Virus record (IMG/VR): IMGVR_UViG_3300043427_003402
Length of the DNA: 64,000 nucleotides
Direction: 5' to 3' (one strand)
Source of the DNA: a virus
Below, in pieces: positions 36,701 to 47,000 of this stretch. The notes beneath the pieces were generated by a model. That model did not search any database, had not been told where the DNA came from, and worked only from the letters and a program-made list of their open reading frames with translations. Positions within the stretch are counted from its first letter, which is position 1, and every line of letters starts with the position of its first letter. The position numbers and the translations under genes were made by a program.

Positions 36701-37950
36701 AGCGGCGGCACCGTGTACTGCATCGTAACAATCCCGCGCCGATCCTCTTCGTGCGTTAGAAACGGCACGCCGTCCGCAGGTTTAAAAAACGTGAGCGGGC
36801 GCTTCTGCTCGTTCTTGGGCGGAGCGGGTGCTCCCGTAGCCGTTGCATCGAGTATTTTGCGCCACAGATACTGCAGCTCGGACGGCGCAAACATTGTGAG
36901 CTCTCGCTGAAACAACGTCAGGTCAAATTCGCCCGCGGTACCCAAGGGCGCGAACATCGTCTGCAGCCGTGTTGGCTGGCTGGCAAAATTTTCCCTAAAC
37001 GCCAGTCCGCCAGTCATGCTGGGGAAAAACACGTTGCACCGCGGCACGGCATTAAAATGTGTTAAAGGTTTGATTTGAACCTGCTTGGTCACCGATTCCG
37101 CGTTTGGTATGACGTGTACCCCGTGCAGGAAGAACTGGCATATACCACGTATGACGTCCAGAAAAGTTTGCGAACCTCCTGCCTGCTGCGGGCCCTGAAC
37201 AAGTAATTGAGCCATAAGCTTGGAGTAGACCTCCGACCAATCTATGAGATCGGGATCGGGAAACTGGAAACGAGCAATCAGCTGGTGCATGTCCACTGCA
37301 ACGCTGGTGTATGTGTCACTGAGCCGGCTGTTGCGGAATATCTTCCGGTAAAGTAGAAACGCGCCAAGAACAACGTCCCTGACCGTCAACTGCGTCGCGT
37401 TTGGCGTACGGTTAGGTGTTTTCACCGCGCTGGTCGCCGCAAGGGCGGTGTCCACTCTGGCCGTAGCCGAGAACTCGCGTAGGTCGGCCGTCAGCTGCTC
37501 GACGTTTAAAAGCTCTAGAATGTTTCCGGTGAACGCGGCGTTCACTTGCGTGCCGCCTAGGTTACCTGCGCCCCCTAACGCCTGAATTGAAGTCGTGGTA
37601 TCGAGCGTGGTAATCTCGTACTGGTCTAAGTGCGAGGTGACGTGCACCGCGGTGAACGTCAAGTTTCGAGTATCGTCCCCCTTTTCAAACCCTCGTTCGG
37701 TAATCTCGAACTCGCCCATGACAATCACGTTGTGCGGGGGCGCCGGCTCCACAGCGATTAAGTGTACACGTGCGCGCGGGCCGACGTGACGCAGTTCTGG
37801 CGTAGCCGGCACGGTAATCGCGATGTAGGGTATTCCGCCCTCTTCGGTCATCATCTGAACGGAGACAAACCGGCACTTCACGCCCTCAATGTACAGCGCT
37901 ACTGTGTCGCGAGGAGCGAAGGCCGGGTTCGACTGGAAGCTTTCGGTCAT
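33784..37950 (-). CDS. Baseplate hub-like protein with an inserted degenerate amidase-like region
   Basis: N-terminal LYIEGV...IAITVP and later PFHPYVTPGYPALV...GYVHAVAHDF...TTVTLTHVR hub-type motifs; position downstream of the tape measure. Confidence 0.55.
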   Translation of the reverse strand: MTESFQSNPAFAPRDTVALYIEGVKCRFVSVQMMTEEGGIPYIAITVPATPELRHVGPRARVHLIAVEPAPPHNVIVMGEFEITERGFEKGDDTRNLTFTAVHVTSHLDQYEITTLDTTTSIQALGGAGNLGGTQVNAAFTGNILELLNVEQLTADLREFSATARVDTALAATSAVKTPNRTPNATQLTVRDVVLGAFLLYRKIFRNSRLSDTYTSVAVDMHQLIARFQFPDPDLIDWSEVYSKLMAQLLVQGPQQAGGSQTFLDVIRGICQFFLHGVHVIPNAESVTKQVQIKPLTHFNAVPRCNVFFPSMTGGLAFRENFASQPTRLQTMFAPLGTAGEFDLTLFQRELTMFAPSELQYLWRKILDATATGAPAPPKNEQKRPLTFFKPADGVPFLTHEEDRRGIVTMQYTVPPLLNTVVLSQTLRTSKTDGAPGLPELPKHSDPTERKYALSQQLFSAQPEDRRAKYMAFLCVALGDGGLDAKTYETAAALRGSIRVFSSASSNFLAVPTRITLVPVRYSFQRNETLSRAAVQGINTNYLVLRDGKVVQLLSRSYHRFAESSAVPLGVKLAGSSPTLDATLNNSTPVYGKSYTGWRSQTVRADAVNVEIVKLAGADQRYALVFRFETRDGRLEPTGGWSFSPERPLRAAQLNDFRSGRVRALIPFGKAAQQEVRAEVLTVGTAEDDQGAVVYRVIIDAPGAAQAPGAALPSRAPVTLEKVPDSSTVKPWFFCQAGSGAWKATSVRNAFRLLADAKSAVVSKFGLSVVEDTGNERNLTIAIDLGRDGRVTDSQKTALARLIAAVQELQVTSVGTLDKPAKQSGTLPVKPLNEYFNVSMAALNGQHNLPAMQDLQSLISTFRTKLFEEFNAWDKGLTGSGSGAQFIPLTTAPADVAATAEKIPQTEGRQGAASESRTTAPSAAARQFSAQYPEAAANGAAATPTPTQATGTGTKRAAPAEAPQAAIQDLVQAPANAAELNIPEFNEITFGFLRGFLNYQFYSARVAPHTLNVSLPFHPYVTPGYPALVLDTTRTGYDLVGYVHAVAHDFTPTGMQTTVTLTHVRRTITEDAEDIEAFEAIAQNEQTQTDRAKGTVPKASFNMLQREAMIPFSKTLTNQFVMLAPINNGTIMSKLGLEPLKGPDNEPLSNLTIARDPELYYTYLQRLAQTADKPCVIPSTFLPIQLHDLETKLPPIFVYDGGFGLGRVDQKAAQKARTGLTANVRNFNTYAVYLGYNQAANNQKPLLNVESNFIFADTIRNVSRTLSVQQAYAYNRRGVQRLGQNNLAAANASLVDYALKEDIENTAAEEEAAADATTVQKTTQTAAKLPTGVKGIPEQIVVYKQPPIFANGVRKDPGAVLVFDNNIRGLVLRHNLHVRQFEALPHND

Positions 37951-37952
37951 GT

Positions 37953-39416
37953 TTAAATAGCCTTGTTGATCACGGAGCCGTACTGTAGCCGCTCGCACCA
38001 GATAGCGACCTTCTGTACTATATCACCTGCGCGATCAATAACTAAACTGGCATCGTAACTTTCCAGATCGGGGCTTTCCTGGCGAATAATCTTACCGAGA
38101 TCGTGGGCAACAGGCTGAATCATATCCAAGAACGGATAGAGCGCGGCGGGCCGATGAATAATTTGTGCGCTCAACGGGGAACGGATACGCGTGTCGGTAG
38201 TGAACTGTAAGAAGTAGTTAAGCAGGTCACCCTGTAACCACACCGCCATTTGCTGCAGAACAGGCCCGGGCGTCAACGTACCAGGTAAAGGCGGAACAGC
38301 GCTTATCACTGCATACGTCCGCGCGCTCAATGGGGCTGAGAACTGACCCAATCTACCTGCTGCGTTCACAGCGCGGGCGGTGAACGTGTACACCGTATCT
38401 GGCGTTAAATTGGTGTAAGTCTGCACGAACGGTAGCGGTTCGCGCAGCGTCAACCCGAGCCCTGTAAGGTCACCAAGGGCAACAGTTGCGGGGTCGTCCG
38501 GCGCCTGCTCGACCAACAACCTTATTGAGGTTGCGGACAGCGCCTGAATAGTAATGTGGGGCGGGCGCGGGACAACGTTCCAGACCTGCGCCTCAGACAC
38601 GACTTGGCGTTGCGCTAAGCTTGAATCAACTGCCGTTATGCGAAGTTTGAGTGTCCCGTCAAAAGCCGAGACTGGCACGAGCACCGGCTCCACAGCGTGG
38701 CCGCTAACTATAGGCGTCGCTTCCGCGCCTCGGGTAACGGACCACGAAACCGTGGCAGCCGGGTCGTCGACGTCAAAGTTCGCGCGGGCTTCGGTTAGCG
38801 ATATGCTCCATGGGCCTACCGTGATATTCGGGCCCGTTGACGCAGGTGTAAAACTTAATAGCGGAGAGGCGCCCGACTCGGCGCCCGTCGCGTCAGCGCC
38901 CCGCATGAACAAAGCATTTAAGTTAGCCGTGTTAAACGTCAGCGCAGCAGAGGTCTGCGCAACAGGGTACGTGGCCAGTAACGTGACCGTTCCGTTCCCA
39001 GTACGATGATAAAGCCGCCATGCAATGTTTGCCTCCGATACGGCAGCTGCGCCCCACGTAAGCTCAAGTCCCGTGCTGGTAAATTGGCTAAACGCCAGCC
39101 AATCCGGGGCAGCCGGCCGCGTGCGATTCTGGACGTCAAATTCGGTCGAGCGTGTGGTGGCTGTACCAAAAGCGTCAACGGCCGTAACCTCAGCAAAGAC
39201 CCTACCGTCGAAGTTCGTCACGTCTAAGCTCGCCGTGCCTGTCAGGGCCGTACTGGTCACAGTGCTGGGCGTGTCGGTGACGCGCCACACCCTGTACCGC
39301 ACAGAGCTTACCGGCGGTTCAGTATCTGAGTAGATCGTCCACGTGATTTCGGCCTGTGAGCTTGTGATTACCCAAGGTTCAAAAACGATGTTAAGCACGG
39401 GTACTCCTGACTTCAA
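37953..39416 (-). CDS. Fibronectin type III/Ig-repeat virion protein
   Basis: LTPDTVYTFTARAVNAAG, LELTWG, EVTAVDAFG, RITAVDS. Confidence 0.7.
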   Translation of the reverse strand: MKSGVPVLNIVFEPWVITSSQAEITWTIYSDTEPPVSSVRYRVWRVTDTPSTVTSTALTGTASLDVTNFDGRVFAEVTAVDAFGTATTRSTEFDVQNRTRPAAPDWLAFSQFTSTGLELTWGAAAVSEANIAWRLYHRTGNGTVTLLATYPVAQTSAALTFNTANLNALFMRGADATGAESGASPLLSFTPASTGPNITVGPWSISLTEARANFDVDDPAATVSWSVTRGAEATPIVSGHAVEPVLVPVSAFDGTLKLRITAVDSSLAQRQVVSEAQVWNVVPRPPHITIQALSATSIRLLVEQAPDDPATVALGDLTGLGLTLREPLPFVQTYTNLTPDTVYTFTARAVNAAGRLGQFSAPLSARTYAVISAVPPLPGTLTPGPVLQQMAVWLQGDLLNYFLQFTTDTRIRSPLSAQIIHRPAALYPFLDMIQPVAHDLGKIIRQESPDLESYDASLVIDRAGDIVQKVAIWCERLQYGSVINKAI

Positions 39417-42400
39417 CCAATTGGTGGAAAGGTTTTCTTGAACCAGTCTACGACAGTTTGCGCTGCTTTGCGCTTCTTGTCAGCGACTTCCTGAGGCGGC
39501 TTGCTTGTCGGGGCTTTTGTGTCCGCCTTCGTAGTCGCGGCCTGCCTTTGCAGGTCCGCTAAAAGTTTGGACACTTTTGCGGCGCGTTGGGCAGTGTCGC
39601 CTCCTTGGGCAAGCGGTAAAGTCGCCCAATTTGTAACAAGTATCTGCAGGGTAAACGGCGTGGCAGTTTGAACTTCCGGATTATGCTGCGGAACAAAAGC
39701 AACCGCGTACCCGTAGACTTTAATGCGCAAGGCGGGAATGACGATTACCATTTTCTGCTTGTGCTCTGCAAGCGCGGTGATCCGCAGGAATTTCTCGTAT
39801 AGCAGCCTGAACTTATTGAGCTGGTCGGAAACCACGTCGTTAATCAGCACGCCCGAGATGCTCCACATCTCAGGGCGCGGGCCGAACGCGAACGCCATGA
39901 AACTATCTGAAAGCGTGTCAACCAGCTGAAACTTCTCCGTATGGGCTTCCTGTAACCCGGTGAGCTTAAACTGGTTGTACCGGAACCCGGAATGCGAGCT
40001 GTCTAGGCCCTCCAAACCTTCTAGATGGTGGCCAGCACTACTGCCCCGTAAGACGCCCTCATTACGGCCGTCGAAGTCACAGAGGGTGATGTGGGCGTAG
40101 TTACCTGCGTTGAATTGCGCGGCGTTCAACGCAGCGAGCGGTACAGCAGCGCTTATCATACGGAAGTCCAGAATGTCGCCGCCAAATAGGTTTGTGACGG
40201 GAAGCATCGGGGAGCTGTCTTTTGAGGGCGCAGGGGCAGGCGCGCTTTGAGCGGGGGTACCAGCCTTGGGCACCGGAGGCGGCGGAGGCACGGTGCCAGG
40301 TACATACGGCCGCACGGTAGGCGCTTCGGTTACATTTGCGCTCACCAATTCGACTGTCTCATTTGTCGCGTTCTCGACCGCAGTCTGGTCGAGTTCGGGG
40401 GCGGGCCGCGGGGCAGGGAACGCAATACCGCGCGCGGCGCCCTCGGCGGCTTTCGCGTCCTCTGCTGGCTGGTCGGCTGCTTTACGAGCCTGAACCGCAG
40501 CCATTGCGTTCTCCAGTAACCGGCGGCTTTGCGGGTCGGTAGTCTGCGCGTAATGATTTTGCAAGTCGGCCAACGTGATAGCCCGCGAGCGTTGCCGCGC
40601 GCGTATCCGTGTGTAGCTCCGCTTCAGCACCGCGACCGAAGTCTCGGGCGCGATGGCGACGAAGTCCTGCACAGCCTTTCGCCGGGCGCGTGCATCGTCG
40701 GACTTGAGCCCAGTTAACAACTGCGCCGGGTACACGGGCAGTGCGCTAGCGAAGTCCACGCCGTTTCCGGTGACAAAAAATGTGCGCTTATCCGCGCCGA
40801 AATCTGCCGGTATAGCGGGCTGCATGGCGTTAAACAAACCCGTGATAGCCGTGTCTGCTTGCGTTGCGACGGCCGTGCGACCCAGTGCAATCAGCGCTTC
40901 TTTAGCTGAAGTTTTCATCTTCTCCGCCAAGAATAAGAGTGCCGAAATTCGATGCTTGGCACCGGGCGAGAGTACTGGCACCGTGTTACTAAGCTGGGCG
41001 CTGTACCCTAATACTTGCAAGCTGGCGTCGACGTACAGGTTTTTGATCTTCGTGACGCTTTTACCTTGCTCTTGCTGAGCCACTTGGCCGGTGCCGTTTA
41101 AGAACGTCTTGCTGTACGACGCCGTAGCGACAATCCCCATGATGTCTTGGAACCACGGCTGCTGTGCAACATTCGCGGTTGCGACACTCGTTTGCGTCAT
41201 AGTGGCGTACGCGCGCGGTGTCGTCTCTAGGCTCTCGCCGACAAAGCCACCGCGTATTGTAACAGGCAGCTCAGGGATAACATCCGCCACCTGCGCGGCG
41301 ACGGTATGAATCGTTGATACGATGTCCCCTTGAGAGACAGTGGGCGAGTAAAGGCGTGCGATGACTTGGTCTCCTGCTGTGCGCAAGGCGGCTGGCAGCT
41401 TGGCAGTAAAAGCGGCCAACTGCGCCGTCACGTTCGCCAGCGCGTCGGTACGGGTCTGGAACCTTACGCGTTCGATGGCGGTAGACCGTTGTTCCGGGAA
41501 ATCGTAAGTGGCAGTGGGGCTGACTGTGTATACATTGTTTACAACCGTTACCTGCGCCGTGCGGAGTTCGACGCTAGCTTGAGTGGGCGAAAAACCTAAT
41601 ACTTCAAACACGTAGTCCGCGCTCGTGGGCGCAACTCCGAGGGTGAGTTTGGCAAACATGTCCAGCGTGATCGCAGAACTAGACAAGCCCTCCAAGCGGA
41701 TAAAGTCAGTCCGGGCAGCTGGCCGCATGCAAGCCGCATTGGCGGCCAGCGAAAACGACGAGAGCTGCACAGGATTTAAACCGGTGACGGCCTCTAGATC
41801 AATCGCGCTCACGGCGCTCTCGTTCTGAACCGTCGGTTTTAACGCCATAGGCGCCGCGGCGTTCAGCACTAGGACTTTGCGGTCGGCAGACACGCTCTGT
41901 ACCGAGAAGTAACGCGGGGTAACTGCGGTCTGTATGGCGACCCTAGCTCCTAGGCCAGCCGCATCAGCCGCGCTAGGCGGCAGCGCGTCGATCAAGATGC
42001 GGTCTGCCGCTTGTACACCAGTAGCGAACTCCCCGCTGCCTGCGTGCAGCACGAGCCTGTCATACTCGTTAAGCTGTACCTGGACCACCGAAAAGTTCGC
42101 AGTGCGCGAGCCCGGTGCGGTAAGCACTGGCGGAAGAGCCGATGCTGTATACGGTGCAAACATTGAACCCGCGCCCTCTAACGCGCGTCCGTCTAGCCGC
42201 GTGCTTGCCAGCAGTAAAAAATTGGGTACCGGTTGCGCAGTGACCCGGTGCGCGGCGTAGTAGGGCGACGGGGCCGTAACGCTCAGTTTGGCGTACGTCG
42301 TGGGCGTAAAAGCCGTGCCTGCCGGTAAGTTTGCGCCCGGACCGTGCAGGAACAAGTTTTCTGTAAAATTGGCCCGGATGACGTCAACGTCGAAGTGATC

Positions 42401-43987
42401 GTCCAACAGCGCGAAGTCGACGCTTGCCGTAATTTCAGACAGGTTACCCAGCTCGTAGTTCGCTGCGTCATAATCGCGGTACCGCGCCTGGCGCAAAGTG
42501 GCGGTCGTAGACGTAACACTTTGCACTTCGTACAAGATAGGCTGCGCAGGTGCGCTGCCAACCGCCGGCGCTTCCGAAAACGGATGGGTAACGGTCGAAC
42601 GGTAAACTTGGCAACCTGCAAGGTCGGTCAGCGTGGCGTACGCCTTTCCTACGCTGACAAAAGCTTGGCCCACCAGCTCAGTTTTCTCGTTGTCCAAATG
42701 TAGCGTCGGGCCTGCTATGTTCACTATTTTATAGTATTTACCGGCAAACACGGCGGCGGACGCGGTACCTGCCTGCGCAGTCAGCATTACGTAATCGCCA
42801 ATGCGCGCCTGCGTAAAAGTTCCTGTTGAATTTGTTACAGTAAAGACTGCCAGCTCGTCAGTCGGCGCACGTGACACGGTGAAAGTGCACGTGGTCGCGG
42901 GAAGTGTACCGAGGAGCGCACCTGCGGTGTACGGCGCAGTTCCGCCCGGGCCGGCGTTATACAGCGTGGGCTGGAGCAACAGTAGCGTTGGCGTCGGTAC
43001 AGACGCGGCTCGGAAAATCCGCGAAGTTCCGGACGTAGAGGTTGTCTTTACATAGTCGTCGGGTAACACCGTACTAAAAACTGCGCTGTTAAACCTTAAG
43101 TACACCACGTCTGTGCGAACGCGCAGCACGCGCCAGTCGAACTGGTCGTTGATTTCAGTGGGGAGTGTAACACCCGTTCGCAGCGAGAAGGTGCCCTCGG
43201 CGGTTCGTTGGTATGGTGTCAGTTCAAGGCGCAGTGCGGTCGAAAACACTTGAACAACTTTGTAGAACCCAGAAACCGTAGTTTGCACGGTGATAGGCGC
43301 CCGGGTACGGGCAATTAGCTCGACGTAATCGCCTGGCTGCACTAACCCGCTTACGGTGCCCGTAGTGGTAATCGTGAACGGGGCCGTACCTGTCCGTAGG
43401 ACAGTTGCTTGTGCTCCCGCAGCCACCTCCCACTCAACGTTTCCCCGGGCTACTGTCCCGTTGCGGCGGAGGCTTACGGCCGTGTTCTCCCGCGCCTGTA
43501 TCTGCACGCCGCAGTTGCCGACGGTTGGTCCCTGTGGCAGCAGGGTTCGTACGCCCGTCGTGTTGGCCCGGTGCCGAACGCGTAAGTAATCCCCGGTCTG
43601 CATTGCGGGTAAGGCCGCGCCAGCTGGCGGCGTTACGGCTACCGTGGCCGGCGCGGAGCCGGTGACCCCTTTGAAGCCTAGGTTCGTCGCGGTCGAAGTC
43701 ACCACGCCAAGCCGTGTGGCGTACCGAAGCGTGGCGGTGGCCGACGGGGTAGGTATCGGTAGCTCTTTCAGGTACGCGCGCAAAGTTAACGTAGATGAGC
43801 CAAGTGCGACAGGTTGCAGGGTCCGAAGGGCCGTGAACTTCACACCGCCGAACACAGTGTCCGCGTAGTTGCTTGCGTTTAGCGACTTGAGCCGCGTAAT
43901 GACGTAGTTTGCCGTCGCGCGGGCGGTCTCGTTGTTGTCGAGCCACGTCTGAATGATGTTTTCGTAATCTGTCTGAGTCTGGGGCAC
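39413..43987 (-). CDS. Large tail/baseplate structural protein, 1524 aa
   Basis: T/V/A-rich beta repeats (GDYV...YKVV); C-terminal domain (LQEAHTEKFQLV...FGPRPEMWSISGVL) resembling distal-tail/tube-initiator proteins; directly after the tape measure. Confidence 0.55.
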   Translation of the reverse strand: MPQTQTDYENIIQTWLDNNETARATANYVITRLKSLNASNYADTVFGGVKFTALRTLQPVALGSSTLTLRAYLKELPIPTPSATATLRYATRLGVVTSTATNLGFKGVTGSAPATVAVTPPAGAALPAMQTGDYLRVRHRANTTGVRTLLPQGPTVGNCGVQIQARENTAVSLRRNGTVARGNVEWEVAAGAQATVLRTGTAPFTITTTGTVSGLVQPGDYVELIARTRAPITVQTTVSGFYKVVQVFSTALRLELTPYQRTAEGTFSLRTGVTLPTEINDQFDWRVLRVRTDVVYLRFNSAVFSTVLPDDYVKTTSTSGTSRIFRAASVPTPTLLLLQPTLYNAGPGGTAPYTAGALLGTLPATTCTFTVSRAPTDELAVFTVTNSTGTFTQARIGDYVMLTAQAGTASAAVFAGKYYKIVNIAGPTLHLDNEKTELVGQAFVSVGKAYATLTDLAGCQVYRSTVTHPFSEAPAVGSAPAQPILYEVQSVTSTTATLRQARYRDYDAANYELGNLSEITASVDFALLDDHFDVDVIRANFTENLFLHGPGANLPAGTAFTPTTYAKLSVTAPSPYYAAHRVTAQPVPNFLLLASTRLDGRALEGAGSMFAPYTASALPPVLTAPGSRTANFSVVQVQLNEYDRLVLHAGSGEFATGVQAADRILIDALPPSAADAAGLGARVAIQTAVTPRYFSVQSVSADRKVLVLNAAAPMALKPTVQNESAVSAIDLEAVTGLNPVQLSSFSLAANAACMRPAARTDFIRLEGLSSSAITLDMFAKLTLGVAPTSADYVFEVLGFSPTQASVELRTAQVTVVNNVYTVSPTATYDFPEQRSTAIERVRFQTRTDALANVTAQLAAFTAKLPAALRTAGDQVIARLYSPTVSQGDIVSTIHTVAAQVADVIPELPVTIRGGFVGESLETTPRAYATMTQTSVATANVAQQPWFQDIMGIVATASYSKTFLNGTGQVAQQEQGKSVTKIKNLYVDASLQVLGYSAQLSNTVPVLSPGAKHRISALLFLAEKMKTSAKEALIALGRTAVATQADTAITGLFNAMQPAIPADFGADKRTFFVTGNGVDFASALPVYPAQLLTGLKSDDARARRKAVQDFVAIAPETSVAVLKRSYTRIRARQRSRAITLADLQNHYAQTTDPQSRRLLENAMAAVQARKAADQPAEDAKAAEGAARGIAFPAPRPAPELDQTAVENATNETVELVSANVTEAPTVRPYVPGTVPPPPPVPKAGTPAQSAPAPAPSKDSSPMLPVTNLFGGDILDFRMISAAVPLAALNAAQFNAGNYAHITLCDFDGRNEGVLRGSSAGHHLEGLEGLDSSHSGFRYNQFKLTGLQEAHTEKFQLVDTLSDSFMAFAFGPRPEMWSISGVLINDVVSDQLNKFRLLYEKFLRITALAEHKQKMVIVIPALRIKVYGYAVAFVPQHNPEVQTATPFTLQILVTNWATLPLAQGGDTAQRAAKVSKLLADLQRQAATTKADTKAPTSKPPQEVADKKRKAAQTVVDWFKKTFPPIG

Positions 43988-44003
43988 GCTACGTCACCTC
44001 CCT

Positions 44004-47000
44004 TTAAGGCTTGCCGCCCGCCGGCGGCGTGGGTACGTTACCTGCCGGTAGCGGCTGCTTAGCACCTGTACCGGGGCGCGCCGGCGCCGTACTTTGCGTG
44101 TTTGCAAACTTGTCGACCGCGTCCCCGAACCGCTTCGCAAACCCGTGCAGCGTCTCGTCGTTGGCGCTGTCGCTACTCTTACCCACCACGCCTTTTAGCG
44201 CCGTCTTTATAAAGTCGTTGTCTTGGCCTAGCTGCTTTGACAACTCCGCCAAGCTATTTGCGACTTCTGTCTGCTTTTTAATTGACTCCTGCACGCCGGC
44301 CAGCTGTTGCGTAGACTGTGCGGCGCCTACCGCGGCCGTAGCCTTCTCGAGCGAGGGGCCGCCAAACGCACCGTGCACGAGCTGCGCCGCAAGCATCTGT
44401 TTACGGTTCGCCGATGTTACACCTTTGGCGCCATACGAAGCGAGGCCCAAATCGGCCGCGGTTTGTGCGTCTTCTTCGGTCGGGTCTTGGTTGACCCGGT
44501 CCAACAGCTGCCGTACCGAAATCGCGTTTTGTTTACTGCCAGTTTCGGTCGAGATAAGCGTGTCTGCCGCGCGCTTCAGCCCTTCAATGTCGGTCCCCTC
44601 AAGCTGCCGCCGCAGCGCCGTGACATCCACGCCTTTGCCGCGTAATACTTCAAGATTGGACTGTTGCGCCTCGTCCAGCCTGTAGCCCGAGGCGTTTAAG
44701 TAATTGTTGATGCTCCGGCGTGCGTTGTACATCACCTTTAAAAAGGCGCGCGGGTCTTTCCGCGCGTCGTTCATTAGCGCCAAAGCCTTTGCGTCCCCGC
44801 CCTTGCCGTTACCGCCACTCGCGTTCGCAGAGACCTTCCCCATCTGTTCCCTTAGTGCGTCGCGGTCCTGCGCAAAGCTGCCTCTATAGAGCCCGGCCTC
44901 GCTGAGCATGCGCTCCGTAGCCGCGTCGTCAAAGCCTGTCGCGTCTTTTGCACGGGCAACCAAATCATCATAAGACATGTGGTTGCCGCCCTCCTCAATC
45001 ATCCGAAGGAGCGCCTCGTTAATGCCCGCCGTCAGCCTCCCGCCGGCTTTACCCTTATCGTCGTCGACTACTGCGCTGAATGACTCGTTAGGCTGGCTGA
45101 ACATGCTGTCCACGCCGCTCCCGAGAAAGTTTCCTACAGCTGCTCCGGCCGCTGCGCCAGCCGCCAGTCCGACGCCCGCCCCTATAGCGGTTCCCAGCGG
45201 GCCGGCCATGAAAGTGCCTCCAATACCGCCTAGTGTCGTCCCAAGCATCCGGCCCGCCAATCCGGCTACCATTCGCACACCGCCGCCGATCATCGTCCTC
45301 GCAATGTTTTGGCCCGCTAGACCCGCAAACGTCCCAACTGCGGTACCGCCAAAAATACCGATGTTTTTACCGTAAGCCGCGCGCCCTCCTTCCTCTTTCA
45401 GCGAACCTAAATACTTTGTCAGCTGCTCGTTCGTTGAAGCCTCGCCGTTGTCCCCTGCGGCGTCCAATACTTGCTGCGCAGACTTGTCGCCGGTCTCAGC
45501 CGAGTAAGCTTGAACGTACTTGCCTAAGGTATTAGCCAAACGAGAGTCGCTCACCACCTCGTCGTACGACTTGCGCTCGAACACTTCCGGCATAGTTGCA
45601 ACGATGGCGCGGCCGGTGGCCTCTAAAGAAGACACCGCGTCCCCGCGGTTTGCCTGGTCGCGTTGTGCGGCGGCCTTAATCGCGCCTACGGAATCCCGTA
45701 CCCGTCCCCTCAGCGCCTGCGCCATGTCCCCTGACGCCCCGTCATTAAGCTCTCTAAATCCCGACAGCACGTCGCGTAAGCGGGACTGCCGGTTTTTGTA
45801 CAGGTCCAACGCCGCGCGCTCGACCGCGTCACGGGTTGCACCCGAAAGACCTGGTTGCCCTTGCGCCTGCTGGCGCACCTGCGCGAACGCGCGCGAGTTC
45901 TGCGCCGCCGTTACCACGTCATCCGCGTTGTAGCGGGTACCGGCGGATAAAATATCTTCGACGTTATCCGTGGTTACTCCCGTAAGCCCGGTGCGGCGAA
46001 GCGCCGCGACGATCTGGGCGCGCGACGTGGGGTCGCTTAGCGCTGTGCTTACCTCCGGGGCCAACTTACGCGTGTCTTCAGGCGGCTCCAACTCAAAACT
46101 GACGCCAAGCTCCGCGGCGTAGTCGCGCGCTTCCGCAGATTTCTGCGCGCGGCCGCCGGGGTCAAGCAAAGACCGGTCCGTAGCGCTAATCCGGTACTGG
46201 CGTACGCCAGTGATTAGCTCCTGCGCGTCTTGCACGTCCCTACCCGTGAGGAGGCGGCCAATGAGCCGCGCGCCGCCATCGGCCATGTCAATGGCGGACT
46301 CTCGGGCGCCCGTCGTAAACCGTGTGATTGGCTCGTCTATTTTGCGCTCTAAAAATTTCTCAACAACGCGGCTGATCGACATGTGCCGGAGGCCTTCCAT
46401 CGCCTGCATACTCAGCTGAGCGCCCGCGGACTGCCGAATGTCTTGCGCGGTCTTCGGCGCGTTTTGCAGCGTCTCCACCATAGCCAAAGCTTCGTTCTGC
46501 GGTAAATTAAACTTTGTGGTTAGCAGCGCGATCAACCGGGTCGGATTTATTTTTCCGTCCTCGTCCAACTGTAAGCCTAACTGCCTGTACGCCGAAATAC
46601 CCATCTGCATTGATTGGTACTGCAGCTCGGGCCCCAAATTCTTAGTAAGCTGCGGCATGCGCGCCATCAGGCCCGCATACATCAGCGGGTCGCCCGCAAA
46701 GCCGCCCACACCCATCATCGCCTGAAGCGGGCTGACGCCACGCTGATTTAGCACAGAGCTAAGCACGTTTGAGCCTGGCGCGAACATGCCCCCGAGCATT
46801 GCCTGCCCAATCGGGCTGCGCAACATCGAAAGCTGCGCGCTGCTGAGGGTGTTTGCAAAACCTTGCGTCCCCCCGAAGTAAGCGTTGTCAAAGTCGTTTA
46901 GCGAACCTTGCCTAAACATGGCCCCCGAAACTGCCAAATTCTGTGCGCCTAAAATGCCGCCGGATCCGATGCCTTGAGCCATAGCCGCCTGCGCGATCGG

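Noticed and set aside
44011-44685. 224-aa and other plus-strand ORFs opposite the tail and RNAP genes
   Set aside because: Typical high-GC antisense shadows with Ser/Ala/Pro-rich composition
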